Below are positions 40,617-50,086 of a stretch of DNA of 64,000 nt, in pieces. Numbering within the stretch: the stretch's first letter is position 1; every line of letters begins with the position of its first letter. The position numbers and the translations under genes are program-made. The notes beneath the pieces were generated by a model. It searched no databases. It saw nothing but the letters and a program-made list of their open reading frames with translations, and had not been told where the DNA came from. Source of the DNA: an uncultured delta proteobacterium (GTDB lineage Bacteria; Desulfobacterota; Zymogenia; Zymogenales; Zymogenaceae); the NCBI GenBank assembly GCA_963735595.1, contig CAVTLK010000002.1:576001-640000 (forward strand). Reading direction: 5' to 3'.

Positions 40617-41177
40617 CTATCCCGGCAGCTCGGCCTCCAGAAGCCCCTTGCCTAACAAACCCAGGAAAAATGAGCAGATAAAGGCGCCGATATTGAGCAG
40701 GACATACCCCTCGAGCAGCCCGCGGGCGGGGAAACCGGGCTGGAGCGCCAGCACGAGCATACACACGGAGAAGACGAAAAAAGAGATCGCGAGGATCAGC
40801 TTCCTGACCAAGATCGGCGTGGTGACGCGGCGGAACCGCACCTTGGCGTCCATGATGCCGGTCAGGAAAGACAGGAGAACGCCCAGCGGCGTAAAGAGGG
40901 ATATCGTGATCAGGGTGTCGAACAGGTACGTGTCCAGCCTGCCCCTCAGGAAGAGACCCGCGATAGAGAAAACCAGCGTTGAGACCGTAAAAGCCTGGGG
41001 GAAATGATCGAGGACCGGGTGGATATCGAGAGAAAGGAACCTCCTTCTCTTGGCCGACACCGGGTCCGTATATGGAAGCATGTTCCCGGCGGGGACCCCG
41101 CACGCGGGGCAGACGTCCTTTACCCGCGACTTCCTCGTGATATAACCGCACGACCTGCAACGGACGAGATCATCCAT
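40617..41177 (-). CDS. Rubredoxin-like metal-binding domain fused to a DUF2231-like 4-TM domain
   Basis: CRSCGY..CPACG, then HPVLDHFP and four hydrophobic helices. Confidence 0.75.
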   Translation of the reverse strand: MDDLVRCRSCGYITRKSRVKDVCPACGVPAGNMLPYTDPVSAKRRRFLSLDIHPVLDHFPQAFTVSTLVFSIAGLFLRGRLDTYLFDTLITISLFTPLGVLLSFLTGIMDAKVRFRRVTTPILVRKLILAISFFVFSVCMLVLALQPGFPARGLLEGYVLLNIGAFICSFFLGLLGKGLLEAELPG

Positions 41178-41322
41178 CTCTATACCTCCCGAGCTCCGTG
41201 GTTTTGTTATTGTAGATTATACACCGGAATCGGAGGTCCGGCCGAAAAATGTTATTGCAGATACTTATTGCAAATAACGTCGGCGTCACCTACAATATTT
41301 ACAGTATTTGAGGAGGTGTGAT

Positions 41323-42633
41323 ATGGACGCACTGCTGCTGGCGCGTATTCAATTCGCACTGACGGTCGGTTTCCACTTTCTCTTTCCGGCGATGACGCTG
41401 GGTACCGCCCTTATTATTCTCATATCCGAATCGATCTACCTGATCAATGGCGATGAAACATTTCGGAGAATAACCGATTTCATGGCGCGGCTGTTGGGGG
41501 CGATCTTCGTGGTCGGCGCGGCCACGGGCATCGTCATGGAGTTTTCCTTCGGGACCAACTGGTCGGAGTACTCGAGAATGGTGGGAGACGTCTTCGGGCC
41601 GCTCCTTGCCGCCGAGGGGGTCATCGCCTTCTTCCTCGAATCGGTCTTCATCGGCGTGCTGTTGTTCGGGCGCGGCAGGGTATCGAAGGGGGTCTACTGG
41701 ACCAGCGCCTTTCTCGTCTTCCTCGGCGGCCACCTATCGGCCTTCTGGATTGTCGTGGCCAATTCCTGGATGCAGACGCCGGCGGGTTTCATGATAACGC
41801 CGGAAGGCACGCTCTATTTGACGAGCTTTACCGAGGCGGTCTTTAACGCCTCGACACTGCCGCGTTTTCTGCACACGGTCCTTGCCTCCTGGATAACGTG
41901 CGGTGTCATGGGCGCCGGCATCGCGGCCTATTGGCTGCTCACAAAGCGGCACCTCGAGACGGCAAAGAAGCTCATGAAGATCTCGATGATCCTGTTTCTC
42001 ATTACCCCGGTTCTTCAGCTCGGCACGGGGCACCTGCACGCGAAGCAGGTGATAGACACGCAGCCGTCGAAGGCCGCCTCCCTGGAAGGGCATTTTGACT
42101 CCAGTATGGCCGGTGTACCGCTGTACATAGTGGGATGGGTCGACGAACAAAACGACAAGACCTACGGCATCGGCATCCCCGGTTTCCTGAGCTTCCTGAA
42201 CAACTGGAGCTTTACCTCGAAGATAACGGGACTCAACGACATCCCGCGCGACGAGCGGCCGCCCGTCAATTTCGTCTTCCAGACGTACCATATCATGGTG
42301 GGCATCGGGATGCTGCTTATCGGCCTGGGGCTCGTGGGAGGCATCCTGCTGGCGACGGGGAGGCTCTACACGGCGCGGTGGTATTTGATGATATTGCCGT
42401 TTCTGATCCCGCTGCCCCACATCGCCCACGAGACCGGGTGGATGAGCGCCGAGCTGGGCAGGCAGCCATGGGCGGTATATCACGTGCTGAGGACCGCCGA
42501 CGCGGCGTCGGTTGTGGTGCCGGCGGGCAGTATCGTCTTTTCGCTGATCATGTTCTCGCTCATATACACGCTTCTGTTTACCGTCTTCGTATCCATCATC
42601 GTCCGCCTCGTCAGGACCGGACCGGGCAAATGA
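41323..42633 (+). CDS. cydA: Cytochrome bd ubiquinol oxidase subunit I
   Basis: ARIQF..FHFLF, ANSWMQTP, RFLH, QPSKAASLEG, ELGRQPW. Confidence 0.96.
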   Translation: MDALLLARIQFALTVGFHFLFPAMTLGTALIILISESIYLINGDETFRRITDFMARLLGAIFVVGAATGIVMEFSFGTNWSEYSRMVGDVFGPLLAAEGVIAFFLESVFIGVLLFGRGRVSKGVYWTSAFLVFLGGHLSAFWIVVANSWMQTPAGFMITPEGTLYLTSFTEAVFNASTLPRFLHTVLASWITCGVMGAGIAAYWLLTKRHLETAKKLMKISMILFLITPVLQLGTGHLHAKQVIDTQPSKAASLEGHFDSSMAGVPLYIVGWVDEQNDKTYGIGIPGFLSFLNNWSFTSKITGLNDIPRDERPPVNFVFQTYHIMVGIGMLLIGLGLVGGILLATGRLYTARWYLMILPFLIPLPHIAHETGWMSAELGRQPWAVYHVLRTADAASVVVPAGSIVFSLIMFSLIYTLLFTVFVSIIVRLVRTGPGK

Positions 42634-42648
42634 TAGGGAGGCAACGGC

Positions 42649-43659
42649 ATGAATAACGTGGAAACGTTCCAGGGATTGTGGTTCGTCCTTATTACGATCC
42701 TGTTTGCCGGGTATTCGATCCTCGACGGGTTCGACCTGGGGATCGGATCGCTGCTCGGCGTCCTCGGCAAAACCAAAGAGGAAAAGGATACGCTCATAAA
42801 TTCCATCGGGCCGGTGTGGGACGGCAACGAGGTGTGGCTCGTCACGGGCGGCGGCGCGCTCTTTGCGGCCTTCCCGTTGGCCTACGCCACCGCGTTTTCG
42901 GGTTTTTACCTGGCCTTCATGCTCCTGCTCGTCTGCCTGATCTTCCGGGCGGTCTCCTTCGATTTTCGCGCGCACAGCCAAAAGCGCGCCCGCCTGTGGG
43001 AATGGGCGCTTTCGGGCGGGAGCGTCACTGCCTCGCTCTTGTTCGGTGTTGCCCTCGGAAACGTGGTTTACGGGGTTCCGCTGGACGCACGCATGGAATA
43101 CGCCGGGACGTTCCTGACCCTGCTCAGGCCCGTCCCCCTCATGTTCGGCCTCATGGGGGTGTCGGCTTTCCTCATGCAGGGTGCGACCTGGGCGATCGTC
43201 AAAACGGAAGGAAAGCTCCAGGAGCGGGCGTACCGGACGGCTTCGATACTGGCGGTCATTGAATTGATCGTCTTCCTGGTCTTTTTTGCCGTTTTTGCCC
43301 TGGCGGTTCCTGGAAGCATTACCAATCCCGTATATATCGGGGGCGCCGTCCTGGCGCTCTTAGGGATCAAGGGGATAGGCTCCTCGGTCAAGAAGCGAAA
43401 CGAACGCGCACCCTTCTGGGAATCGTCCGCGGCGCTCATCGGCCTCTGGGTCATGGTGGCGGCGACCCACTATCCCAACCTCATCACGTCCTCCGGCGAC
43501 CCGGCGCTCTCGATAACGATCAGAAACGCATCGACGTCGCTGCTCACGCTCAAGATCATGTCGGTCATCGCGCTGGCGGGGATGCCGGTGGTCATCGCGT
43601 ACCAGATTTTCGTCTACCGGGTCTTCAAAGGTAAGGTGGGCACAAAGGCCGGATATTGA
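42649..43659 (+). CDS. cydB: Cytochrome bd ubiquinol oxidase subunit II
   Basis: LDGFDLGIG, GPVWDGNEVWL, FAAFP. Confidence 0.96.
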   Translation: MNNVETFQGLWFVLITILFAGYSILDGFDLGIGSLLGVLGKTKEEKDTLINSIGPVWDGNEVWLVTGGGALFAAFPLAYATAFSGFYLAFMLLLVCLIFRAVSFDFRAHSQKRARLWEWALSGGSVTASLLFGVALGNVVYGVPLDARMEYAGTFLTLLRPVPLMFGLMGVSAFLMQGATWAIVKTEGKLQERAYRTASILAVIELIVFLVFFAVFALAVPGSITNPVYIGGAVLALLGIKGIGSSVKKRNERAPFWESSAALIGLWVMVAATHYPNLITSSGDPALSITIRNASTSLLTLKIMSVIALAGMPVVIAYQIFVYRVFKGKVGTKAGY

Positions 43660-43682
43660 GGGCCGATAGGATAGACGCATTA

Positions 43683-43750
43683 ACCACAAAGGCACGAAGA
43701 CACGAAGGGTAAGGGAAAAACAAGGCTTTGTGCCTTTGTGTCTTTGTGGT
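43683..43750. repeat. 25-bp inverted repeat built from 8-nt subrepeats
   Basis: ACCACAAAGGCACGAAGACACGAAG-N18-CTTTGTGCCTTTGTGTCTTTGTGGT. Confidence 0.85.
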
Positions 43751-43839
43751 GGGAAAAGGAGCTCGTCGGAAGGGAGGGCGGCTTTCGAGCCCTCGCGATG
43801 ACAATCCTTTGGAAACTTCGCTTTGTCGATACACTGACA

Positions 43840-43867
43840 GGCCTGCCCGAGAATCTGTGGGCAGGCC
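43840..43867. terminator. GC-rich hairpin between convergent cydB and decarboxylase genes
   Basis: GGCCTGCCC-N10-GGGCAGGCC. Confidence 0.5.
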
Positions 43868-43880
43868 CGTTTCATTACGA

Positions 43881-45410
43881 TCAGGCGGTCTTTGCGCGTT
43901 TCTGATTATTCAACAGCCGCTTCGGGACGATATCCCGGGCGAACACATCCTCCTGCGTCTCGGCCCGCTTGATCACCTCGGCCTGATCCCCGTTAACGAG
44001 GACGGTGGCCGGCCGCGGCAGGCCGTTAAAATTGCTGGCGGAGACCTCCTGGTAAGCGCCCGTGTCCAGTATCGCAAAGATGTCCCCGGCCTGGACTTTT
44101 GGCACGCGCACCTCCGGCAGCATCCGGTCGGCGAAACACGACCGGCCGACGACGTCGGCCGCTATGACCTTCTTCTCGTCGGCCTTGTTGGCAATGACGT
44201 AGTCATGGAGGTTGAGTTCGAAAACACCGCCCGCCATGAAGAAGTAGGTCGTATCCAGCAGGACCCAGTTATACTTCACCGGTTTCGTCTGGTATTTCGT
44301 CTTGATGATCGTGGACAGGTGGACTCCGGTATCGCCGTAAAGGCTGCGGCCCGGCTCGATCTGGAACGTGATCCCCTTCGGGTTTATCCCGTAGCGGATC
44401 AGCGATTTTCTGAGCGTGCCCGTGATCGCCTCGGCATACTCCTCGATCTCGGGCGCACGGCCCTTATTGGGGGTCTTGCTCAAGAGCAGGCTCATGCCCG
44501 CCGAGAGGATCTTATAGCGGATGGTGTTGCCCAGCAGCTTCAAGAGCAACATAACGACAAATAATACCGCGAAGGCCGGCACGTCAAGCCGGTTTACCAT
44601 CCGCGCGAAGGGGTCCCGCGGCGTGGGGATGCCGCCGCCGATGTCTATCTCCCTGGGCTCGTAGCCGCCCCATTCCTTCTTGAGCAGGCCAATGAGTTTG
44701 GCGTAGCGCTTCATCGTCCCCTTCCAAAAACCGAGGCTGCCGTGGTGCCGGCCGAGGTGGATGTGAAACCCCATCAGCTCGATGTTCTTCATTTTCAAGG
44801 CCCGTTTCCCCATCTCGATGACGTGCTCGGTCGGGATGCCGTTCTTGTATACCTGGAATCCGATATCGATGGGGGCAAGCTCCAGGGCAAATGCGGTGGG
44901 CTTCCAGAGGTTCGGCAGGTCCGGCCTGATCCGAAAGCGGATTTGCGCCTTCTTGTTGAGTCGATTTGCGACCTTTTCGATCAGGTCCAGCTCGTCAATA
45001 TCATCCAAAGTGATGCGAACGCCGGCGTTGATGCAGTTTGCGATGTGTGACTCGCTCTTGCCGCCGCCGTTGACGGATACCATCTCCGGGTCCGCGCCCG
45101 ACTGGAGTACCGCGTAGAGCTCACCGGCGGAATAGACGTCGCAGCCGGCCCCTTCTTCCGAGAGGATTCGGCGCAGCGCCAGTATCCAGTTCGCCTTGAT
45201 GGCGGGGAGGATCTGGACCTTACCCTCCGGCCAGCGGTCTTCGAACGCCTTTTTGTATCTCCGTATATTGCGCCGCAGGTGGTTTTCGGAGATGACGTAC
45301 AGCGGCGAACCGAACCGCTTTACCAGGTCTACAGTGTCGCACTCCTCGACAAAGAGCCGGCCGTTGCGGATGGACAGGCACTCGTCGAGGTCCCGTCTTT
45401 TTTCTGCCAT
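43881..45410 (-). CDS. Group IV PLP-dependent decarboxylase (LysA-like, atypical)
   Basis: FGSPLYV, AIKAN (PLP Lys), FHIHLG, IDIGGG, EPGRS, DTGAY, SNFNGLPRP. Confidence 0.85.
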   Translation of the reverse strand: MAEKRRDLDECLSIRNGRLFVEECDTVDLVKRFGSPLYVISENHLRRNIRRYKKAFEDRWPEGKVQILPAIKANWILALRRILSEEGAGCDVYSAGELYAVLQSGADPEMVSVNGGGKSESHIANCINAGVRITLDDIDELDLIEKVANRLNKKAQIRFRIRPDLPNLWKPTAFALELAPIDIGFQVYKNGIPTEHVIEMGKRALKMKNIELMGFHIHLGRHHGSLGFWKGTMKRYAKLIGLLKKEWGGYEPREIDIGGGIPTPRDPFARMVNRLDVPAFAVLFVVMLLLKLLGNTIRYKILSAGMSLLLSKTPNKGRAPEIEEYAEAITGTLRKSLIRYGINPKGITFQIEPGRSLYGDTGVHLSTIIKTKYQTKPVKYNWVLLDTTYFFMAGGVFELNLHDYVIANKADEKKVIAADVVGRSCFADRMLPEVRVPKVQAGDIFAILDTGAYQEVSASNFNGLPRPATVLVNGDQAEVIKRAETQEDVFARDIVPKRLLNNQKRAKTA

Positions 45411-45471
45411 CGCTGTTCTCCTTTAGTGAATCGTTGATAAATAATAGTACCTGTGAGAGAGATAAAGGGCA

Positions 45472-47190
45472 TCACGCCCGGAGGACCCGCCCCGGGCGGA
45501 GCTTCTCCTGTAATTTCGCCCCGTCGACGACTGGCACCCCGTTTATGAAAACGTGGGCGATCCCGGCGGCGGGGGCGGGACGGCCGTCGTTGTCGAAAAC
45601 CTCGTCCACGGTCTTCGGGTCAAAGACGACGATATCGGCAAAGGCGCCCTTCCTGAGCACGCCCCTGCCCGTGAGGCCGTAGGTCTCGGCGGGAAGCGAG
45701 GTTATCTTCCTGATTGCCTCTTCGAGAGTGAAGAGCTTCAGTTTACGGCAATAGTGGCCGAGCACCCGTGGAAAACACCCGTAGGCCGACGGGGGCGGCG
45801 TCCCGACAACCGGCAGGATGGAATCTGCCCCGATGCTCATGCGCGGGTGGACGAGCATCGTATTGAACATCTTTTCCACCCAGGGCCGCGCCGGGAAACC
45901 GAACACGAAGGAGGCCTCGCCGTCTTCCTCGAGGGTGAGACGGCAGAGCGCGGAAAACGGGTCGGTCTTCCAGCGGTCGGCGATCTCGATGAAGGTCCTT
46001 CCCTCCGCCCACCGGTTCTTATCCCCCTTGACGGACAGCACCCTGATCGGCCGGTAGCCGATGGCCCGGATGTAGGGGTCGGACCACGACCCCTCTTCCC
46101 AGTGGGGCCATCTGGGGACGATCGTTTTGATGTCGCGCTCGATGTGCGCCCTCGTATCCGGGTCCTTGAGGCGCTCCAGCAGCCGGGCGCGTCCGCCCCG
46201 GTTTGCCCACGGCGGGAAGAGGACCGTGACCGTGGTGTTGCCGAGGGTGTAGGGGAGGGCGTCCATCCCGATATCCAGGCCCTCGTCGACCGCTTGATCG
46301 ATGACGGCAATGCCCTTGCCGAGGACGGGGTTGGGAAACCCCGGCATGGGGATGACGGAATTGACCGCCTCGAACAGGGAAACCATCGGCGGGATAAACG
46401 GGGCCGCACTCCCGAAGAAGGGGACGGCGTGCAGGTGCGATATCTGCACCCTGACCTTTGCCTCGCGCGCTATCGTGACGGCCTCGGCCATCGAATTGGG
46501 CAGCGTCGTGCAGTAACCCCTCAGGTGCGAGGCGTAGGGCCTTTTGAACTCGGCCGCGACGCGGGCCAGCGCGACCAGCTCGTCGGTATGGGCATACATG
46601 CCGGGGTAGTACATCAACCCGGTGGAAAAGCCGACGCATCCCGCCTCGAGGCTTTCCTTAAGCATCCTCTTCATCTCTTCGAGCTCTTTCTGCGTCGAGA
46701 AGCGGTTATCGTCGCCCATGACCGACAGGCGTATCGCCCCGTGGCCGACCATCTGGGCGACGTTGAGGAGGAGCCCTCCCTTTTCGATGTGGGACAGGTA
46801 TTCGGCCATGCTGTCCCAGTAAAGCCGCTCCATGGGAACGCCCATGCTCCTGATGAGCTCCAGGACCATGTCCTTGTGCTTCGGCGGGCTGGGCGCGAGC
46901 GTCCAGCCGCAATTGCCGACGACCGAGCTGGTTACCCCCTGGGCGGCAAATGAGCCGAATCGCTTGACCGGGTCCTGGTCGACGATGTAGAGGTCGTGGT
47001 GGGAATGGATGTCGATAAAACCGGGGGATACGACCATCCCCTCGGCCTCGATCGTCCGTTTGGCCTGCGCCCCGTCGAGCTTTCCAACCTCGGCGATCCG
47101 GTCCCCCGAGACTGCAACGTCGGCGGAAAAGGCCTTTTTCCCCGTCCCGTCAACGACGGATGCCCCGGTGATGATGAGATCGTACGTCAT
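45472..47190 (-). CDS. N-acyl-D-amino-acid deacylase family amidohydrolase
   Basis: PGFIDIHSH, GNCG, GFSTGL.Y.PG, SHLR, YGCFPRVLG, ADIVVFDP. Confidence 0.9.
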   Translation of the reverse strand: MTYDLIITGASVVDGTGKKAFSADVAVSGDRIAEVGKLDGAQAKRTIEAEGMVVSPGFIDIHSHHDLYIVDQDPVKRFGSFAAQGVTSSVVGNCGWTLAPSPPKHKDMVLELIRSMGVPMERLYWDSMAEYLSHIEKGGLLLNVAQMVGHGAIRLSVMGDDNRFSTQKELEEMKRMLKESLEAGCVGFSTGLMYYPGMYAHTDELVALARVAAEFKRPYASHLRGYCTTLPNSMAEAVTIAREAKVRVQISHLHAVPFFGSAAPFIPPMVSLFEAVNSVIPMPGFPNPVLGKGIAVIDQAVDEGLDIGMDALPYTLGNTTVTVLFPPWANRGGRARLLERLKDPDTRAHIERDIKTIVPRWPHWEEGSWSDPYIRAIGYRPIRVLSVKGDKNRWAEGRTFIEIADRWKTDPFSALCRLTLEEDGEASFVFGFPARPWVEKMFNTMLVHPRMSIGADSILPVVGTPPPSAYGCFPRVLGHYCRKLKLFTLEEAIRKITSLPAETYGLTGRGVLRKGAFADIVVFDPKTVDEVFDNDGRPAPAAGIAHVFINGVPVVDGAKLQEKLRPGRVLRA

Positions 47191-47287
47191 ACGTGCCTCC
47201 GAAATCCTCGTAGTATGCTCAAGAATACAGGACTTTGGCCACCGATGCCTCTTGTGCGGCCGTCCTTATCCCGGACCCCTTTGCGCC

Positions 47288-47824
47288 TCATGCCGGCCGG
47301 AAGGCCCCCTTCAGCCACCGCTCTAACCGGGCCGCCAGGGCGTGCATGCTGTAGACCGCCCCGACGATAACCACGAGCGCCGCCACGGACCACACGAGCG
47401 TCGGGCCGGCCGGCAACGGGTGCCGCCCGTTGACGACGATCAGCGCCCAGACGCAGTAGGGCGCTGTGACGAGGCTCGTGATAACAACGGGGACGTAGCG
47501 CCTCACCACCAGAAACTGGGTGACGTGGATGACCAGGTGGATGAAATAGCCGATCACGGCCCCCGCCCAGAGGGCGTAGAGGTCCCGCTCCACGGAAATC
47601 AGGGTAACGGCAGACACGATCACAAACATCCCGGCCACGGCCAGGGCAAAGGACGACGTCGAGAGGCCCTCCATGTGGGGCAGCATCCGCGCCGCCAGGC
47701 GCGGGAAACGCTCCTTCATAAACCCGGCGTTTTTCGTTACCCACGGCTTGAACATGATGACCTCTTCGAAGTCGTGGATCATAAATATGATCGGAAAGAG
47801 CCACATGATCGTCTCGGTCTTCAT
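47288..47824 (-). CDS. HXXEE-domain membrane protein
   Basis: IHDFEE motif plus several TMs. Confidence 0.85.
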   Translation of the reverse strand: MKTETIMWLFPIIFMIHDFEEVIMFKPWVTKNAGFMKERFPRLAARMLPHMEGLSTSSFALAVAGMFVIVSAVTLISVERDLYALWAGAVIGYFIHLVIHVTQFLVVRRYVPVVITSLVTAPYCVWALIVVNGRHPLPAGPTLVWSVAALVVIVGAVYSMHALAARLERWLKGAFRPA

Positions 47825-47981
47825 ACTTTGCGTCCTCCCGTGCGCGCGGGGCGGCACGCCAAAGGGGTGGCGGCGGGGCATATATGTGTGATACTATACA
47901 TAACGGGGGCTGATTTGTCATCATAGAATCCGTATTCGTGAAAGAGATTTGCGGCCGACCGGGTCGGGGGAGGAACACGTC

Positions 47982-48741
47982 ATGCTACATAGATCTGTGA
48001 TAACAGGCGCAATGGGCCTGCTGGTTGGATTGATCGTCTCGGCCTGCGGGCCCGCGCTTGCCGCCGACAACGCCGTCATCACGGGGGACTCCGTGCGGGT
48101 GCGGACCCAGCCGTCGGTCTGGGAGGATATCAGGGGGACGCTCAACAAGGGGGCGCGGGTCGAGGTGATTTCACGGACCGATTTTACCGATACCATCGAC
48201 GGTTACGCCGCGCCCTGGTACGGGATCGACTACGGGCAGTACGGCGGTTTTGTCTTCGGGCGCTACGTGAAGCTCGACCCGGGCGCGACGGTGCTGCCGC
48301 TTCCGACGAACGATATCTACGGGGACCGGGTCAGCCGCTTCATCGCGCGCGGCCTCTACAAGTTCGGAAAGGGGACGCCGGACGTCATAGCAACCCTCGG
48401 GCAGCCGATATCGACGCGTCCACGAGAAGGCCGGCGGGCTGATCGTCGGGGTGGAGACCCTTACCTACACCGGGCTGGTGATCGGTGCCCGGGAGATCGA
48501 GGGCGGAAAGACATTCGTCTACTCGGTTGAGTGTAAGAACCCCATATACGACTTTAACGGGGTTAAAGTGGGGAGCACCTTTTGGGACATGCAGCGCGTC
48601 CTCGGCCCGCCGGTGCAGCCCTACGCGCCCGGGGACGAGACGATCAGTTACTACAACGTCACCGGGCTTGACTGGGTGACGTTCACAATGCGGGGTGAGA
48701 CGATCACGGGGATCGCATTCTACTCCGCCATGGCGGATTAG
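47982..48741 (+). CDS. Exported SH3b-domain protein (frameshift(s) near 48420-48450)
   Basis: Signal peptide; GDSVRVRTQPS..LNKGARVEV..WY..GFVFGRYV; the 48451-48741 ORF continues it. Confidence 0.7.
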
Positions 48742-48795
48742 GGAGAGGCGGCAGGGACGTCCAAACCCTATTAGAAAGAAGTTATATTGTCGACG

Positions 48796-49129
48796 TCATT
48801 GCAGGGCCCTCCGACACTTCGGCTGTCATTGCGAGGGGCCGAAGGCCCCGTGGCAATCCCCTGACTGTCACCGGGGAAGCGGGCGGGGTGGCACGGGCGA
48901 GCCGACAGGTTGCCCGTATTAGATTGCCGTTTCACATGTCTAAGTTCTACGGTATTCTTCGAGGAGATCGCCACGGGGCCTTTGGCCCCTCGCGACTTCG
49001 GCTTCGCATAGCCGGTGCCACCCGTCACCCCTTCCGTCATTGCGAGGCCCGAAGGGCCGTGGCAATCCCCTGACTGTCACCGTATAACAGGGGATTGCTT
49101 CGTCGGCTACGCCTCCTCGCAATGACAGC
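48796..49129. repeat. Composite REP/REPIN-like palindrome cluster
   Basis: GTCATTGCGAG-hairpin-GTGGCAATCCCCTGACTGTCACC units at about 48826 and 49036, inverted partners at about 48964 and 49090-49129. Confidence 0.8.
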
Positions 49130-49151
49130 CGAAGTGTCGTGGATGGAAAAC

Positions 49152-49175
49152 GGGCATGACATGTCGTGCCACTCC
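49152..49175. repeat. Single REP-like palindrome (same family as 53604/53691)
   Basis: GGGCATGACATGTCGTGCC. Confidence 0.65.
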
Positions 49176-49181
49176 TTAACT

Positions 49182-50003
49182 TCATAGTCCCCGTATCGTC
49201 TCATCGATGAAGTCCACAAAGATCGGCCCGATAGTCCGGTTGGCCAGCTCGTTCGGGTGCCCGTCGTTCTCGTCGACCCGGTAATCGGGGCGCAGGAAAT
49301 TATCGGCCCCGGCAAGGTTATCGAAGAAGTCGAACACGAAGACGTTGGGGTGACCGGCGAGGAACTCATCGGATTTCAGCCAGTCGGCCAGCGCCCTGGC
49401 CCGAACCCCTTCCCCGGGATCGCTGCTGTTGGGCACCTGGGGGGGCTGGGTCACGATGATGAAGGGCTTGTCGGGATACTGGTCCATGCGGTTTCTCATG
49501 GTGAGATAATAGGACTTGAATTCGTTGAGCTGGTCGTCGCTGCCGATGTTGCTGGTCGGATAGCAGGACTTGACCATGATAACGTCATACTGCATGAGAT
49601 AGGAAAACGTGTTGTCCGGCGTGTCATGGAGCGGCTGGCTGAAGACGGCGGCCAGCCCGTTCGGGTCGGTGTTGTCGTCGGGAACCGCGAAGTTGGCGCC
49701 GGCAGAAGACCCGTCCGGGAGGCGCAGCCCCTCATCGTTATACCCGTGGTCGTAGAACTGATACCCGCGGGCGGTCAGTCCGTCCCTGACTCCTCCCTGG
49801 TCGATGAGGTTAGAGCCGCAGGAATGGTGCAGAAATATGATCCGCTTGCCCTGGTGAATCCGCCGGAGCGGGAGCCTGGGGCGGGGCGCCGGCGTACAGG
49901 TCGCCCGGTTCGGGGGCCGTGGACTCCGACCTGCTGCACGATACGATGCTGATAAGCATCGCCGCGATAATACGAGCGCCATTACATAACGATACGGTTT
50001 CAT
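49182..50003 (-). CDS. Putative lipoprotein with SGNH-hydrolase-like fold (N-terminal frameshifts)
   Basis: Reconstructed lipobox IVSC; IFLHHSCG, MVKSCY, DGHPN motifs. Confidence 0.55.
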   Translation of the reverse strand: MKPYRYVMALVLSRRCLSASYRAAGRSPRPPNRATCTPAPRPRLPLRRIHQGKRIIFLHHSCGSNLIDQGGVRDGLTARGYQFYDHGYNDEGLRLPDGSSAGANFAVPDDNTDPNGLAAVFSQPLHDTPDNTFSYLMQYDVIMVKSCYPTSNIGSDDQLNEFKSYYLTMRNRMDQYPDKPFIIVTQPPQVPNSSDPGEGVRARALADWLKSDEFLAGHPNVFVFDFFDNLAGADNFLRPDYRVDENDGHPNELANRTIGPIFVDFIDETIRGL

Positions 50004-50086
50004 GGCTTCCTCCTTCCCGTTACGTCTCATTCGCAACGGCATTTCTCTCGAGAAGGAAAAAAAGGGGGGGCGTTTCGTTTGATCTC

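Noticed and set aside
43881..45410. Assigning the symbol lysA
   Set aside because: Substrate-specificity motifs differ (HLGRH, CFADR) and there is a large hydrophobic insertion.
48796..49175. CRISPR array
   Set aside because: Repeats alternate in orientation, spacing is irregular and no cas genes are present.
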